Assembly: GCA_023920165.1 (NCBI GenBank)
Contig: CP089281.1
Span: 1,116,001-1,180,000, forward strand
Direction: 5' to 3'
Length of the DNA stretch: 64,000 nt
Source of the DNA: Curvularia clavata
Taxonomy: Eukaryota
Part shown: in pieces, positions 52,151-64,000 of the stretch
Layout of the letters: each line of letters opens with the position of its first letter
Numbering within the stretch: the stretch's first letter is position 1
Notes under the pieces: model-generated
What the model saw: only the letters and a program-made list of their open reading frames with translations
Told to the model about the DNA's origin: nothing
Databases searched by the model: none
Program-made: the position numbers and the translations under genes

Positions 52151-53185
52151 ATGGCTATCAGTAAATCCATCACAAAAGAAACCGGTGGCTTGGAGATCGC
52201 CGAAGCCTACTCATCCCAAATTACTGGAAAAACAGTTCTTATCACTGGTGTCTCTCCTGGAGGTATTGGCGAGGCTACTGCTCGCGCATTTGCCCACGGA
52301 GGTGTGTCTATTATTATTGCAACTGGCCGCAGCAAAGCCCGAGTCGAAGGCCTAACTAAAGAGATCTCTGCGAAATACCCATCTACAAAGTTCTATAATG
52401 TTGTTCTTGATCTTGCCTCCCTCAAGGACGTCCACCGCGCTGCGAATGAAATTCTCAATAACAAATCCATTGAGAAAATCGACATTCTCGTCAATAACGC
52501 TGGAAATCAATTCGGAAACGCCGAGCGTGAACTCACAGTCGACGGCATTGAGACGCATTTCTCAACCAACTATCTAGGCCACTTCCTCTTCACCAAGCTG
52601 CTCCTCCCACGACTGCTTGCCGCCGCTAAGGTAAACCCTCCTGGCGCAACCCGCATCATTCCTGTAAGCAGTGAGGCCTCCCAATTCAGCCCCTTCCGCT
52701 TCAGCGATTGGAATTTCGACAACGACAAGGAACTGCCCGCCGACGAGAGGCCTAACTGGAGCCTTCTCACTAGTTTGGTCGGAGTCGCCGAAACCACGAA
52801 CTTCGATGCCTACGTTGCGTACGGGCAGAGCAAGACGGCCATTTCGCTTTTCGCGGTCCACCTCAATGCATTGTTTGCTAAGGAGGGGATCTTTTCGTTC
52901 TCACTTCATCCAGGAAGGGTGAGGAGTGCGGCAGTGCTGAGTGTAATAGAGCATTCGCCGGAGGACAAGAAGGCGTTATATAACACGTTGTTTACGAAGA
53001 CTATTGATCAGGGGAGTTCGACGATTTTGGTGGCGGCTTCCGACCCTGAACTGAACCCTGAGAAAGGGGTATGGTTGGATGATAATCAGCTTGCGGAGCC
53101 GGTTGAATGGGCGGTAGATAAGAAGAAGGCTGAGAGGCTGTGGGAGTTGTCTGAGCAGATTATCGCTGAGAAATTGGGGAATTAA
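52151..53185 (+). CDS. Short-chain dehydrogenase/reductase (retinol dehydrogenase/WWOX-like), intronless
   Basis: VLITGVSPGGIG, IDILVNNAG, FSTNYLGHFL, catalytic YGQSK, SLHPG, AERLWELSE; TATATAAA upstream. Confidence 0.92.
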   Translation: MAISKSITKETGGLEIAEAYSSQITGKTVLITGVSPGGIGEATARAFAHGGVSIIIATGRSKARVEGLTKEISAKYPSTKFYNVVLDLASLKDVHRAANEILNNKSIEKIDILVNNAGNQFGNAERELTVDGIETHFSTNYLGHFLFTKLLLPRLLAAAKVNPPGATRIIPVSSEASQFSPFRFSDWNFDNDKELPADERPNWSLLTSLVGVAETTNFDAYVAYGQSKTAISLFAVHLNALFAKEGIFSFSLHPGRVRSAAVLSVIEHSPEDKKALYNTLFTKTIDQGSSTILVAASDPELNPEKGVWLDDNQLAEPVEWAVDKKKAERLWELSEQIIAEKLGN

Positions 53186-53940
53186 GCTCACAGGACTGTA
53201 CTGTTCGAGCTGTAGCTATGGCTTAGGATGCAGCGAGAGTGTTAAATTGTAGTGCTTAGATATATTGGTAATTAAAGGATAGAATTACAAAATACCAATG
53301 TAATCCATTTAATCATCATTCTGCAATAATATCCTGTTCGAACGCGATGCTACGGTTTAGTGCGTTTGCACAAAGAACAATCCATCATATTTTATAACAT
53401 GTGCCGAAGCATTTGAAGTAACGCACAATAGCCAGGGGTATGATCAGGCGTGTATTCAACTGTCAAATTATAGTTTGTACACAGAAGATGTTAATAAAGA
53501 ATTTACGTTCATGTGGAGGCGCGTTAGCTGATTGAACAAGCGCCAGGCCATGTCTTATCACTGCTCCCAATCCTAAGTCAGATTTTAAGGATAATCCGGC
53601 CACTTAGTATATAAAATAAAGCATCCACCATTGCATAATTAGAACGTGCGGGGTCATCTTATATTAACTAGGATTGGCAGTTCGCTTCCGCTGGAGGCGC
53701 CAATCGAACAAGCGGCGCTGTATGAAATCGCGTCCTGTTGTAATAGGGACGCTTGGGTATGAGTACCAAGGACCCGTTAAACTCTCTCTCGTTCCTTAAT
53801 TACACCTCTGGTACTCTCATCCAGCGTCTCGCTCTTCCTAGCTATCGTTGCCTGCGGTCCTTCGATAATCGATGTACTCTAAGTAAGGGGCTTCAGTGAA
53901 AGGTGTCACGACAGTACCCGGTAACCACTCCGGGAACCGC

Positions 53941-55574
53941 TCATCCACATACATAGCTCTCCCAATTATCGAGATCCTCTCCTTCTTTCAACTTGGCAAC
54001 GAGCGGCCATGTACACAGTTTCCTAGTCCTATTTTGCCCGTTTGTTGGGCCCCAGCTCTTGATACCTTCCTTTAGACCATTCTTCTTTTCAACCCATTCC
54101 ACAATGGCAGTAGATACATCATAGTTAGCAGGTACATGCGGATACTTTGCAATATTGGAACCGCAATGTCCACCCCCAGGAATCATTACGAGCTTCATGA
54201 AATCGTTATCGGCGATCGACGTCTCTTTTCCTAGCGTTCCTCGTGTCACAGCCTCGGCGTGCTGTATAGACCACATTGGAGCAATGTTTGGATCTGCCCA
54301 CCCAGCATACAATATCATTTTACCCCCGTTGTTACGGAAGGATGACAGGTTTGTGTTGATGGAATTGATCAGCGGCCCTAGCTTTTCGTCCAAGAGATCT
54401 ACTTGAGAACTCCAATCGAAAGTTGCAGGATCGTAAGACAGATCGTTGAACAGCGTGTTTTGCAGCAAGGGTATACTGAATGCATTCGACAATGCACCTG
54501 ATACTGATGGTAGAAACCATCCGGCTTCAGAAGCCAGGGAGAGCCCAGGATACAGTGAAGCGTTGGTAAGATCAGAACGTACTGGCCCTTGATACACAGC
54601 TTTCACCGCAGAGATCTGCGCAGGCTCAAGGCATGTCCCATTCGCGGGAGTTCCATCCTCTGGACAGGCCCAAGACGAAATGTTGAAAGTGCAGGCGAGC
54701 GGATTCTCGACAAGGTTGTCATTTACTCCGTCGATTAGATCACACTCCTTTATGACACTATTCTGCATGAATTCTAGAGTTGATTCGGGAATGGAGGTTT
54801 CCGTGGTCTAGGTTTTGTGAGCAAGCTTGTGTAATACTGGGATGGCTGCCTTACATTGAATTGCTTTTGATTCCACAAGAAGCCTAGCATGAGACGTGTA
54901 AACCAGTTTGCAGGGCATCCAGCAATGATCCCATCAAACTGATCTGGATAGAATTCCGCGAGGGAAAAACCTTGTGCTCCGCCGGCAGAACATCCTCGGA
55001 AGTAAGAATATCGCGGTTCCTGCCCATAGAAATTATTAATGATTTCCTTCGCAGCAGGAGTGAAAAGGTTGATGGCGTCATGGAGCCAGGCTTTGATTTC
55101 ATCTTCGTTATGAAGATATGGCTGGTAAGCACCCGGTTTTCCTAGAGTCCCTCCCATCCCAACGTCGTTGTCTGCGAACGAGTGACCGGCATCCCCTCCG
55201 GCCACAGCAAAGCCTAAGCCGCTGTTCAGCTCTACCATCATATCCGCATAACCAATATCTCCAGCCTGTCCACCATTACCAATCGCCATGAACCGTGAAG
55301 AGTAGTCTTTGTCAGGGAGCCAAACTTCAAATGTCAGGGAGCTGTTTCTGCCATATTTAACTCGAGCAGAAACCCCGCAGAATGCGATCTGGTTCACCAG
55401 CCCAGACACGTTCTTTTGGCCGACATCATAGTACGTTGCGCTGACGACCGACGCGCCATTTGTCGTGGTAGAGGAGTTGTTGAGTGAGGAACACTCGAGT
55501 GGGATGTCTGAAGCCAGCACACCCAACAAGCATGCACCAAGTGCGAAGACCCAGAGATTGGGTAAAGCACGCAT
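53941..55574 (-). CDS. Secreted tannase/feruloyl esterase family protein; exons 55574-54855, 54807-53941
   Basis: Signal peptide; GNGG, YFRGCSAGG, FDGIIAGCPA, CDLIDGVND, GWADP and PGGGHCG give the CS-D-HC catalytic signature; 47-nt GTAAGG..TAG intron keeps the frame. Confidence 0.92.
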
Positions 55575-57009
55575 CGTAGAGTACTTGCGAAATGAATTTG
55601 CAGATTTGTCGAACAGAAGATCCGTTTCTATCTCTTAAATAGATACCTTTCTAACAATACTATTAATCGCCTCTATATTATGAGAGGATGGCTCACGCGT
55701 CGTGGGAACTAGGGGTGCGGTCGTGATTTAATATCGAAAATAATCAAAAACTAGCTCAATTCATAGATATGGATGCCTTGTTCAATTAAAACAATCGCCT
55801 TTTCCTACTGATCCTGGGATGTGTGGTAGTCTCTTTTGACATTTTGGGAGTAGATGTCTACAACAGTCGGTTTCCTAGGGGAACAGGAGCGCGAAGATCA
55901 ACGTCGTGTAACCAGCCTTCATACAGAGTAATTTCAATACTGAAAACAAGATTGCGTTGCAGGGAAAGCTTAAAGAAGAAAAGTGCGGGGCAGCCGCTAG
56001 TGTTTACGCCCGGGTTCGCGAGATTATGAGATAGATTCAATTAATATGTAGTTCTTACGCGCACCGATCGGTTAGGACATAATCGCTTCCTTTCTTATGC
56101 GAGAAATTAAACCGATCCATTTGAGGCGCGGCACTCCATAAGCCGGACTGATAGTGGGAAATGGCCTTTTGGATCCCGCAACGACCTTTGAGCCCTCCAC
56201 TTGGCGGGCAAGTCAGGTATCTGTGTAGCAGTTTAATTAGCAATCTCCTCCACGATTAGACGAAATAGTCACCTACGAGATGCTTGGGGGCGCAGCTTGT
56301 CATGCGCCGTGTTCCGCTTCAGTTGTCTAACAGGTCTAGCATCTTGCTCTACTAGGCTGTACATGACCAAAATCAGCAATTCAGTAAGTGATCAGCCAAT
56401 CAATGCGCTCCTCTATCAAAAACAGTATACCATAGCTCACAAAGACAGTGCTTTCGAGATAGCATTTTATAGGGCTACTCATTTTAGAAAACACGGCACG
56501 TTTCGTGTGGATGTGTATAACGTTTTTTTGACGATATCATCGCTGATCGTAGGCTTGTTTCGCCTTACGATCCGTACTCTTCCATGGAATCTCTAGGGGC
56601 ACCGAGATAGTGGACTAAAGAGCTCCACCAAAATTGCTCAACTCATGTAACGTTAGAATCACCTTAGAGGTCTGTGTGATAGATGATGCAAGCTCAGGCA
56701 TTTGTATCTCGTGCCCTTGATAGCTGAACAGTGCCTTTTATCAGAGTTGGTGGATGCAGTTTTGTTCCGACTATTTTCGTACATCGAGAGGCTGCCGCTG
56801 CCTACATAAGTAACAAACAGGCCGCTAGACCTGGACTGGGATAGCGTCAATTGTTGCCTTCCAAGTTCAGGCAGAAGCTTGGCAAGGCCCTACCATTTCC
56901 ATGCTTCCTGATGTTTGTGTTCAAGTACAAATTGCGCGCTTCGCCAGCCATGTGCTAGTATCTGAGACAATCTTTTCCTAGCAGCCATCAGCGGCAAGCA
57001 TCCAGCATC

Positions 57010-58389
57010 ATGTCGCCACCATCCTGTCCCGAGTTCCTCCACCTTGCATCAGAGCTAGTAGAAAACGTAATCAAGCAACTCAACAACAGAACGGACTTGT
57101 CGAATGTCCGACTAGTTTGCAAGTTGCTTGATAGACATGCAGTTAAGGAGCTCTTCAAAGACGTATATGTTTCTCCGCAAGAAAGCCACCTCGTGACATG
57201 GGATGCTATCAGCAACGACGACGCTATTCGGCAGATACCTCGACATGCAATTATTCATACGGATCCAGATATCGAATTTCATGGGTGGGGGTGGAGAGAT
57301 AACCGAGTGGTCGACGAAGACGATGAGGATGGGGATGCTCCGACCTTCAAGAAAGCCCTGGCCGCTTTGTCAAGGTTTCCTAACCTCGACTCATTGGAAA
57401 TCGCCTTCACTCCGGAATGCTTGGGTCGAGAACACGGATACTGGGAGGAAGTAGATGAATCTTGGGAGGATCGCCAAGAAAACTTGTCCCTCATCTTCCA
57501 AGCCATCAAGGACAGAGCTGCGGACAAGAATAATAGGACGATCCGCAAATTAACCATCATCAACCTACAAAACTGCCCGATCCCCGAATTCAGCAGTTCT
57601 GACCTATTCCGCGACGTTATGGGCCAGCTAGAAGAGTTGCACATATCCATGGTGCATGAATACAACGACCATGGTCCCGACCACGATTACACCAAAATCG
57701 AATTACAAACTTTCCCCTCTTATTTCTGTACACATTGGTTGAAGCCCATCTCCGGAAATCTGAAAGCTTTATCCATCTATAGTGGATCAGACAACTGGGG
57801 CCCGTTCCCTGGGTACTTCGATCCGAGTGGGATCGCTTTCCCGAAGCTCGAGACGCTGGCTCTGGGCTACTACACGCTTGCCCACGATAGCGACCTTGAC
57901 TGGGTTCTTGCCATAAAGTCGCTACGCAAGCTCATTCTTCATAATTGTATGATTGCTTCCTATGTCCGCATCTCATCCGACAATCTCGCCAAGTGGAAGC
58001 CCCCGATGCATGGCTGGACCAGGTTGTCTGACGACGAAACAAATTGGTGCAAGGATTTTGCCTATAATGGGAAGTGGAGTCAGCATCTGGACCGTATCGC
58101 AGAAGGCCTACCAGCCCTTTTCGACTTCCAGTTTGGTTACCAGGACTCATACGACGAGCCTAAGTACGAGATAACAAACCGCGGTAACTGCCCCACGGAG
58201 ATATTCCACCAGAGATACATTACTTTCGATAACGGGATTTTGCCAACGCACTGGCCAGAACCGAGATATGAGGAGGGGCGGTTGCATTCGTGGGGTGAGC
58301 ACAAATTCCCGAATTTACACGAGGAGAATTTAGACGCAGACCAGAAGAGTCTGGATGCACTACTTCGTAAGGTAAGGTCGAGAAATTAA
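57010..58389 (+). CDS. F-box-like/LRR-like hypothetical protein, 459 aa
   Basis: N-terminal FLHLASELVENVIKQL..DLSNVRLVCKLL is F-box-like; LRR-like repeats FPNLDSLEI, IRKLTIINL, FPKLETLAL, LRKLILHNC. Confidence 0.75.
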   Translation: MSPPSCPEFLHLASELVENVIKQLNNRTDLSNVRLVCKLLDRHAVKELFKDVYVSPQESHLVTWDAISNDDAIRQIPRHAIIHTDPDIEFHGWGWRDNRVVDEDDEDGDAPTFKKALAALSRFPNLDSLEIAFTPECLGREHGYWEEVDESWEDRQENLSLIFQAIKDRAADKNNRTIRKLTIINLQNCPIPEFSSSDLFRDVMGQLEELHISMVHEYNDHGPDHDYTKIELQTFPSYFCTHWLKPISGNLKALSIYSGSDNWGPFPGYFDPSGIAFPKLETLALGYYTLAHDSDLDWVLAIKSLRKLILHNCMIASYVRISSDNLAKWKPPMHGWTRLSDDETNWCKDFAYNGKWSQHLDRIAEGLPALFDFQFGYQDSYDEPKYEITNRGNCPTEIFHQRYITFDNGILPTHWPEPRYEEGRLHSWGEHKFPNLHEENLDADQKSLDALLRKVRSRN

Positions 58390-58663
58390 TCAGGAGGGAC
58401 CGGATTTCAGAGGGTTATGCAGGGGTCGATTGCCTATGGCCCGGAATAGAAACATCAAATACTCAGAAGCGATAAATCCAAAAGTGCATACGAAGAAGAT
58501 CTGAACTCGAGAGCGTCTTGTGAGGTGAATTATGTGACCATGTCGAATCTTTCACTTCCCAGGTCATGCCAAGGTCGAGCTCAGAGACACCAGAACTTGA
58601 TATTGTGTATGCGCTAAATGTGAAGTAGGACGATGATACAACCAGCTGCTGATTCTCCAATAC

Positions 58664-59617
58664 TTACGAGGTATTGCGGGTGTTGAGAACCCATCGCACT
58701 CCCTCAACAACTATGTCAGGCTGTGTCATCTGAACAAAATGGCCGCTGTCGCGCGCAAACACCAGCTTGTTCTTCGTAGATAGCTCAAGGTGACGCCGCA
58801 TGATGCTTTCACTCTTCTCGTCGGCCGTCTCGATCAAAGCGCGTACTCGGCTCCTTTGCTCTTCGCTTCCATTTCCTCTCAAAACACCCGCCTTGAGCAT
58901 GCCGCTCCAGTCCCGGCTTCGCATACCTCCAATTACACATACTGGCTTATCGCCAAGCAGCGGCTGCTTTTCCCCTAATCGCTTGCTTCGCAACGTCTCA
59001 AAACTTCTATCGTACTCGTCGTCCTCCTGACGCCCAATCGTTGCGTACTTCTCAGTTGCTTCCTCGGCCATGAGCGCATCCCATTCAGCCTGCGTCAGCT
59101 TGTGCTCTGCAGCAATACCCTTAGCAACATAGTGATTGACGCCCTCAGAAATGGCCCCAAGATCCGGATCGTTGACATTCAAAATCTGTGGCATTGATTC
59201 ATGGTTGGCATCTACAAAGACCACGCCAGCGATATGGTCACCGTTACCCGCAAGGGCAATGAACTCATTGATCAGTACACCGGCCCAAGAATGTCCAACA
59301 AGGATAATAGGATTGGTCAAAGGCGCGTTCTTCACCAGATACCAAATATCGTGCGCTATATTCTCGGCAGTTGGTGGGTGTGGAGAAACGTCAGATTGGC
59401 CGAAACCAGCGCGATCGTAGGTGTAGCAACGGATTGATGGAGAGAGCTGTCGCACAACGGCTGCCCAATTCAGACGACTGCTTGCGACGCCGGATATAAA
59501 GAGCACCACTGGATCTTGAGGGTGACTCGGCTCCGGCCCATGGGTATACAGAGCGAGAGAATGTGTACCATCGGTGTTAACCAGGGTTAGACGGTGAGTG
59601 GACTCTGCCGAAGTCAT
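58664..59617 (-). CDS. Alpha/beta hydrolase fold protein, 317 aa
   Basis: YDRAGFGQSD, nucleophile elbow LVGHSWAG, C-terminal DSGHFVQMTQPD. Confidence 0.9.
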   Translation of the reverse strand: MTSAESTHRLTLVNTDGTHSLALYTHGPEPSHPQDPVVLFISGVASSRLNWAAVVRQLSPSIRCYTYDRAGFGQSDVSPHPPTAENIAHDIWYLVKNAPLTNPIILVGHSWAGVLINEFIALAGNGDHIAGVVFVDANHESMPQILNVNDPDLGAISEGVNHYVAKGIAAEHKLTQAEWDALMAEEATEKYATIGRQEDDEYDRSFETLRSKRLGEKQPLLGDKPVCVIGGMRSRDWSGMLKAGVLRGNGSEEQRSRVRALIETADEKSESIMRRHLELSTKNKLVFARDSGHFVQMTQPDIVVEGVRWVLNTRNTS

Positions 59618-60635
59618 GGTGTTATAGGATCTGCGTGCGCTTCTGTGCTTGGTGTCCAGTCTCTGCAGGGTTCAAGAGGTGATACTAGGCCTTGACGCAG
59701 TGCTCCCCGGTTGTGCAGCGGCACTGAATATAACACAAACATTCAGGCACTCCATACGTCTCATTTCGCAGAGATCGCATGCATCCAACAACATGATTCG
59801 GCAACCGTGGCTTGTACAAACGTCGCAAGGCGTTTGGTGGGTCACATTTGTAAGTAAAGGGCGCTATGATTGCCCAAATGGTTGTGATGGGCTAGATCCG
59901 CGCTTAAAAGAATAAGCTTAATCACCCCACCGCGACATCCGCCACCTTCTCAACACCACCATCACGGAGATACAGAAACTGCATCCAGCACGTTTCACAT
60001 TGTCAGGGAAAATGGCGGGTTAATAAGTAACGGTCAGTTTCAAGAGGGGACAGGGTCCAGAACGCCACCCAGGGCACCGGCGATGTCGCAATGCGGAGAG
60101 GACTAATATGCTACTACGCTGAGGCGTGGGGCTATGGGTGCGTATAATTTATTTCCACATGATACGCCGCAGTCTACAATGTATAGTAACCTAACTAACA
60201 TACCCACACAGACTTGATGCATGTTGCAAGTTTTTCATGAGGCGTCGGGTGTGGGCGCGATGACCCGAGGCCCTTCCGACGAACCGGGGTATCGATTCGA
60301 CATCGCCAAGCAGATATGAAGAGAAGAAAGTCAGGATGAAGCAACAAAGTACCTCACCGCTCGTCATGATCTAGCAGCATCTTTGTTCGAACCGATCCGC
60401 CAGTTAAATTCAACCCTCATGATCTCGACGGATCTCAATCTACCGCGCTCGGCAGTCGTCGATGGCATGACGTTGATGACAAAAGCTCCCATCGGTCGAT
60501 TTCCAACCAAGGCACTGCCGCGGACTGCACGAGCATAGACCAGATCTCAGCGAGGCGTACTGCTACTGTCGCCAGGTCATTGGTGAGGCTGCCTTACATA
60601 AGTCTGGGAGGAAGAGTTTTGCTCCACCACTGCTA

Positions 60636-60653
60636 GCGCGAATTGCGTGATCG
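60636..60653. promoter_or_regulatory. Candidate sulfur-regulon bZIP (CYS3/MetR-type) site upstream of met16
   Basis: GCGCGAATTGCGTGATCG, near-identical to the motif upstream of met3. Confidence 0.5.
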
Positions 60654-60895
60654 CACGTCTTCACCCCCAGCTATGGCACCTTGCGGAGATGGTTACAAAG
60701 CAGTCTCCGATGGCAGCCCCGAATATAATACTCCAGAATTGCTCGTCCTTCATTCCCCAACATCCAGAACGCCGCGCTTGGTAACAGGTTCTTCTTTTTG
60801 GGACGCCTTTGTTAGACACCAAATTGTAAATATTCAACTGTTTCTGGCTTCTCTGCACGTGCCCCTATCATCGAACGCCACACCTTGTCGTAAAA

Positions 60896-61861
60896 ATGTC
60901 GTCGTCACCAGTCTTCGGCAACGTCGAAACCTACAAGCACGCCACAATCCGTGAAGAGTCTGGCTATGCCTCAGCCGAGTCGAGCCAGGAGAACCTGCAA
61001 GAAATCTTCTTCACCAGGCCTCACCTGAAGTACATCAACGCTCAGCTGGCTAAGCTTGAGCCTCAGGGTGAGTAATGGATGCTCATCCTTGTGAAAATCG
61101 ACCTGGCTAATATTGGACTAGAGATTCTCCGATGGTGTATCACATCTCTGCCTGGGCTCTTCCAGACTACCGCTTTTGGTCTTACTGGCTTAGTCACTGT
61201 GGACATGCTCTCGAAGCTTGATGGACCCCTGAAGCACAACATCGACCTGATCTTCTTGGATACTCTTTACCACTTTGATGAAACATACGCCCTAGTCGAC
61301 CGTGTCCGAAGGCGATATGGAACCCCAGTTCATGTCTACAAGCCTGCAGGCTGTGATAACGTCAATGACTTTACTGCCAAGCACGGCGACAAGCTGTGGG
61401 AGACAAACGACGAGCTCTACGATTACGTCGCCAAGGTCGAGCCTGCAGAGCGTGCCTACGCTGAGCTCCAAGTCAAGGCTGTCCTGACTGGTCGACGCCG
61501 CAGCCAGGGTGGCAAGCGCGGCGACTTGGACATTGTCGAGGTCGACGAAGCTGGCCTGATCAAGGTCAACCCCTTGGCCAACTGGACATTTGCCCAGGTC
61601 AAGGAGTACATCGACGCCAACGATGTCCCATACAATGAGCTCCTCAACAGAGGTTACAAGAGCGTTGGTGACTGGCATTCAACTCAGCCCGTGGCCGCTG
61701 GAGAGGACGAGCGTTCGGGACGATGGAAGGGAAAGAACAAGACCGAGTGCGGTATTCACAACCCCAAGTCGCGATATGCCCAGTTCCTTCAAGAACAAGC
61801 GATGAAGCAACAAAACGAGGATCTCGCCACCAAGCTGGAACAGGTCACTCTGGCTGCCTAA
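60896..61861 (+). CDS. met16: PAPS reductase (sA); exons 60896-61067, 61122-61861
   Basis: QTTAFGLTG, FLDTLYHFDET, KVEP, TGRRRSQG, KVNPLANW, GYKSVGDWHST, ERSGRW, catalytic TECGIH; intron GTGAGT..GCTAAT..TAG. Confidence 0.96.
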
Positions 61862-62351
61862 TATGCTCGTCTTGGGCATTTGCATTTCCTATCTGTTTTT
61901 CCATCTGCATTAGCATCGGCGTTTGGGTTTTGTTAGAGTTGGGCATAGCATGGAATCTGGTGTTGGACTAGTCTGAGACAGTCCAGTTTACGGCTTTCAG
62001 AGCCGATGTGTATGTACCATTGGGGCCGAGATACCACCGATGTACGAGCCAACAGAGCTCTATTATGAATCAAACGAGTTATAATCAATTGTTTGCCGTC
62101 CAACCATCCGATAACCGGCATAAGCCAGGAAGTAGCCCGGAAAAGGATGTGGGGGTAGACGCGGATACTGCATATCTGCGGGCCCTGCAGTGCTTTACCC
62201 CAATCGGGGGCGGCCTGTCACCGTCGTGGAGGATCCCGCGCGGCGCGCAAAGTCTCGACGGAAGTTTACGTGGGCCCTTTTGGGCTCCGCTCTCACGTCA
62301 CTGCCATTACTTTACATAGCCTGAGGAGCCCATACGATAGGCTCAAGCATC

Positions 62352-62370
62352 GCGCGAAATTGCGCAATCG
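62352..62370. promoter_or_regulatory. Candidate sulfur-regulon bZIP (CYS3/MetR-type) site upstream of met3
   Basis: GCGCGAAATTGCGCAATCG containing the perfect palindrome ATTGCGCAAT (62359-62368). Confidence 0.55.
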
Positions 62371-62662
62371 GTTCCAAGATCTGCCGACCCATACAATACA
62401 TCCGCTTTGTAGCCTAGCCTCTGCAGTCGAGAAAATCCAGAAAAGGCCCCATGGTCAACAAACAGGCCAAGAGTAGCCGTAGAAATAAAAAGGTCCCATT
62501 TGCGCCCTATGCTTTTGTGTCTCTGCTTCCTCAGTCGCGCATCTTTCTTTTGAGTGACCCGGACGTTCAGAAACCCTCTTGGTGTAGCCAGGAACAGGTG
62601 CCATCATTGTCCCATAAACTTCTGCCTCTAGGATTTTTTTGCCCCTCACATCTTCTGTGAAA

Positions 62663-64000
<1,338 letters not shown>

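Noticed and set aside
53511..53718. Two imperfect copies of GGAGGCGC..ATYGAACAAGCG as ends of a MITE or LTR
   Set aside because: Too short and degenerate, with no target-site duplication.

Overview
Eukaryotic, intron-containing DNA from a filamentous ascomycete (Dothideomycetes/Pleosporales-like; the taxon is my inference from protein style and short introns with CTRAY branch sites). I can support about 24 protein-coding genes, with exons assembled by hand. Core genes: UPF0183 protein, kinesin-5 bimC, pmt1, prp21, isd11 (not recoverable from the ORF track), mag2/RNF10, ubp3/USP10, met16 and met3 (cut by the window end). Metabolic/accessory genes: rhamnogalacturonan lyase, a class II aldolase-fold protein, M20 amidohydrolase, bZIP-DUF3425 factor, peroxisomal enoyl-CoA hydratase, SDR, tannase/feruloyl esterase, alpha/beta hydrolase, F-box-like proteins and a small secreted 12-Cys protein. 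Two pseudogene halves (acyltransferase and cytochrome P450) are fused back to back. Most notable: (1) a ribosomal uS3 ubiquitin writer (Mag2/RNF10) and the homolog of its eraser (Ubp3/USP10) sit head to head 922 bp apart, with a GC-AAG intron in one and candidate uORFs before the other; (2) a sharp deletion scar joining two relic secondary-metabolism genes; (3) an extended motif shared by the met16 and met3 promoters. No tRNA, rRNA, CRISPR or intact transposon was recognised. Family assignments come from motif recognition; no database search was run.
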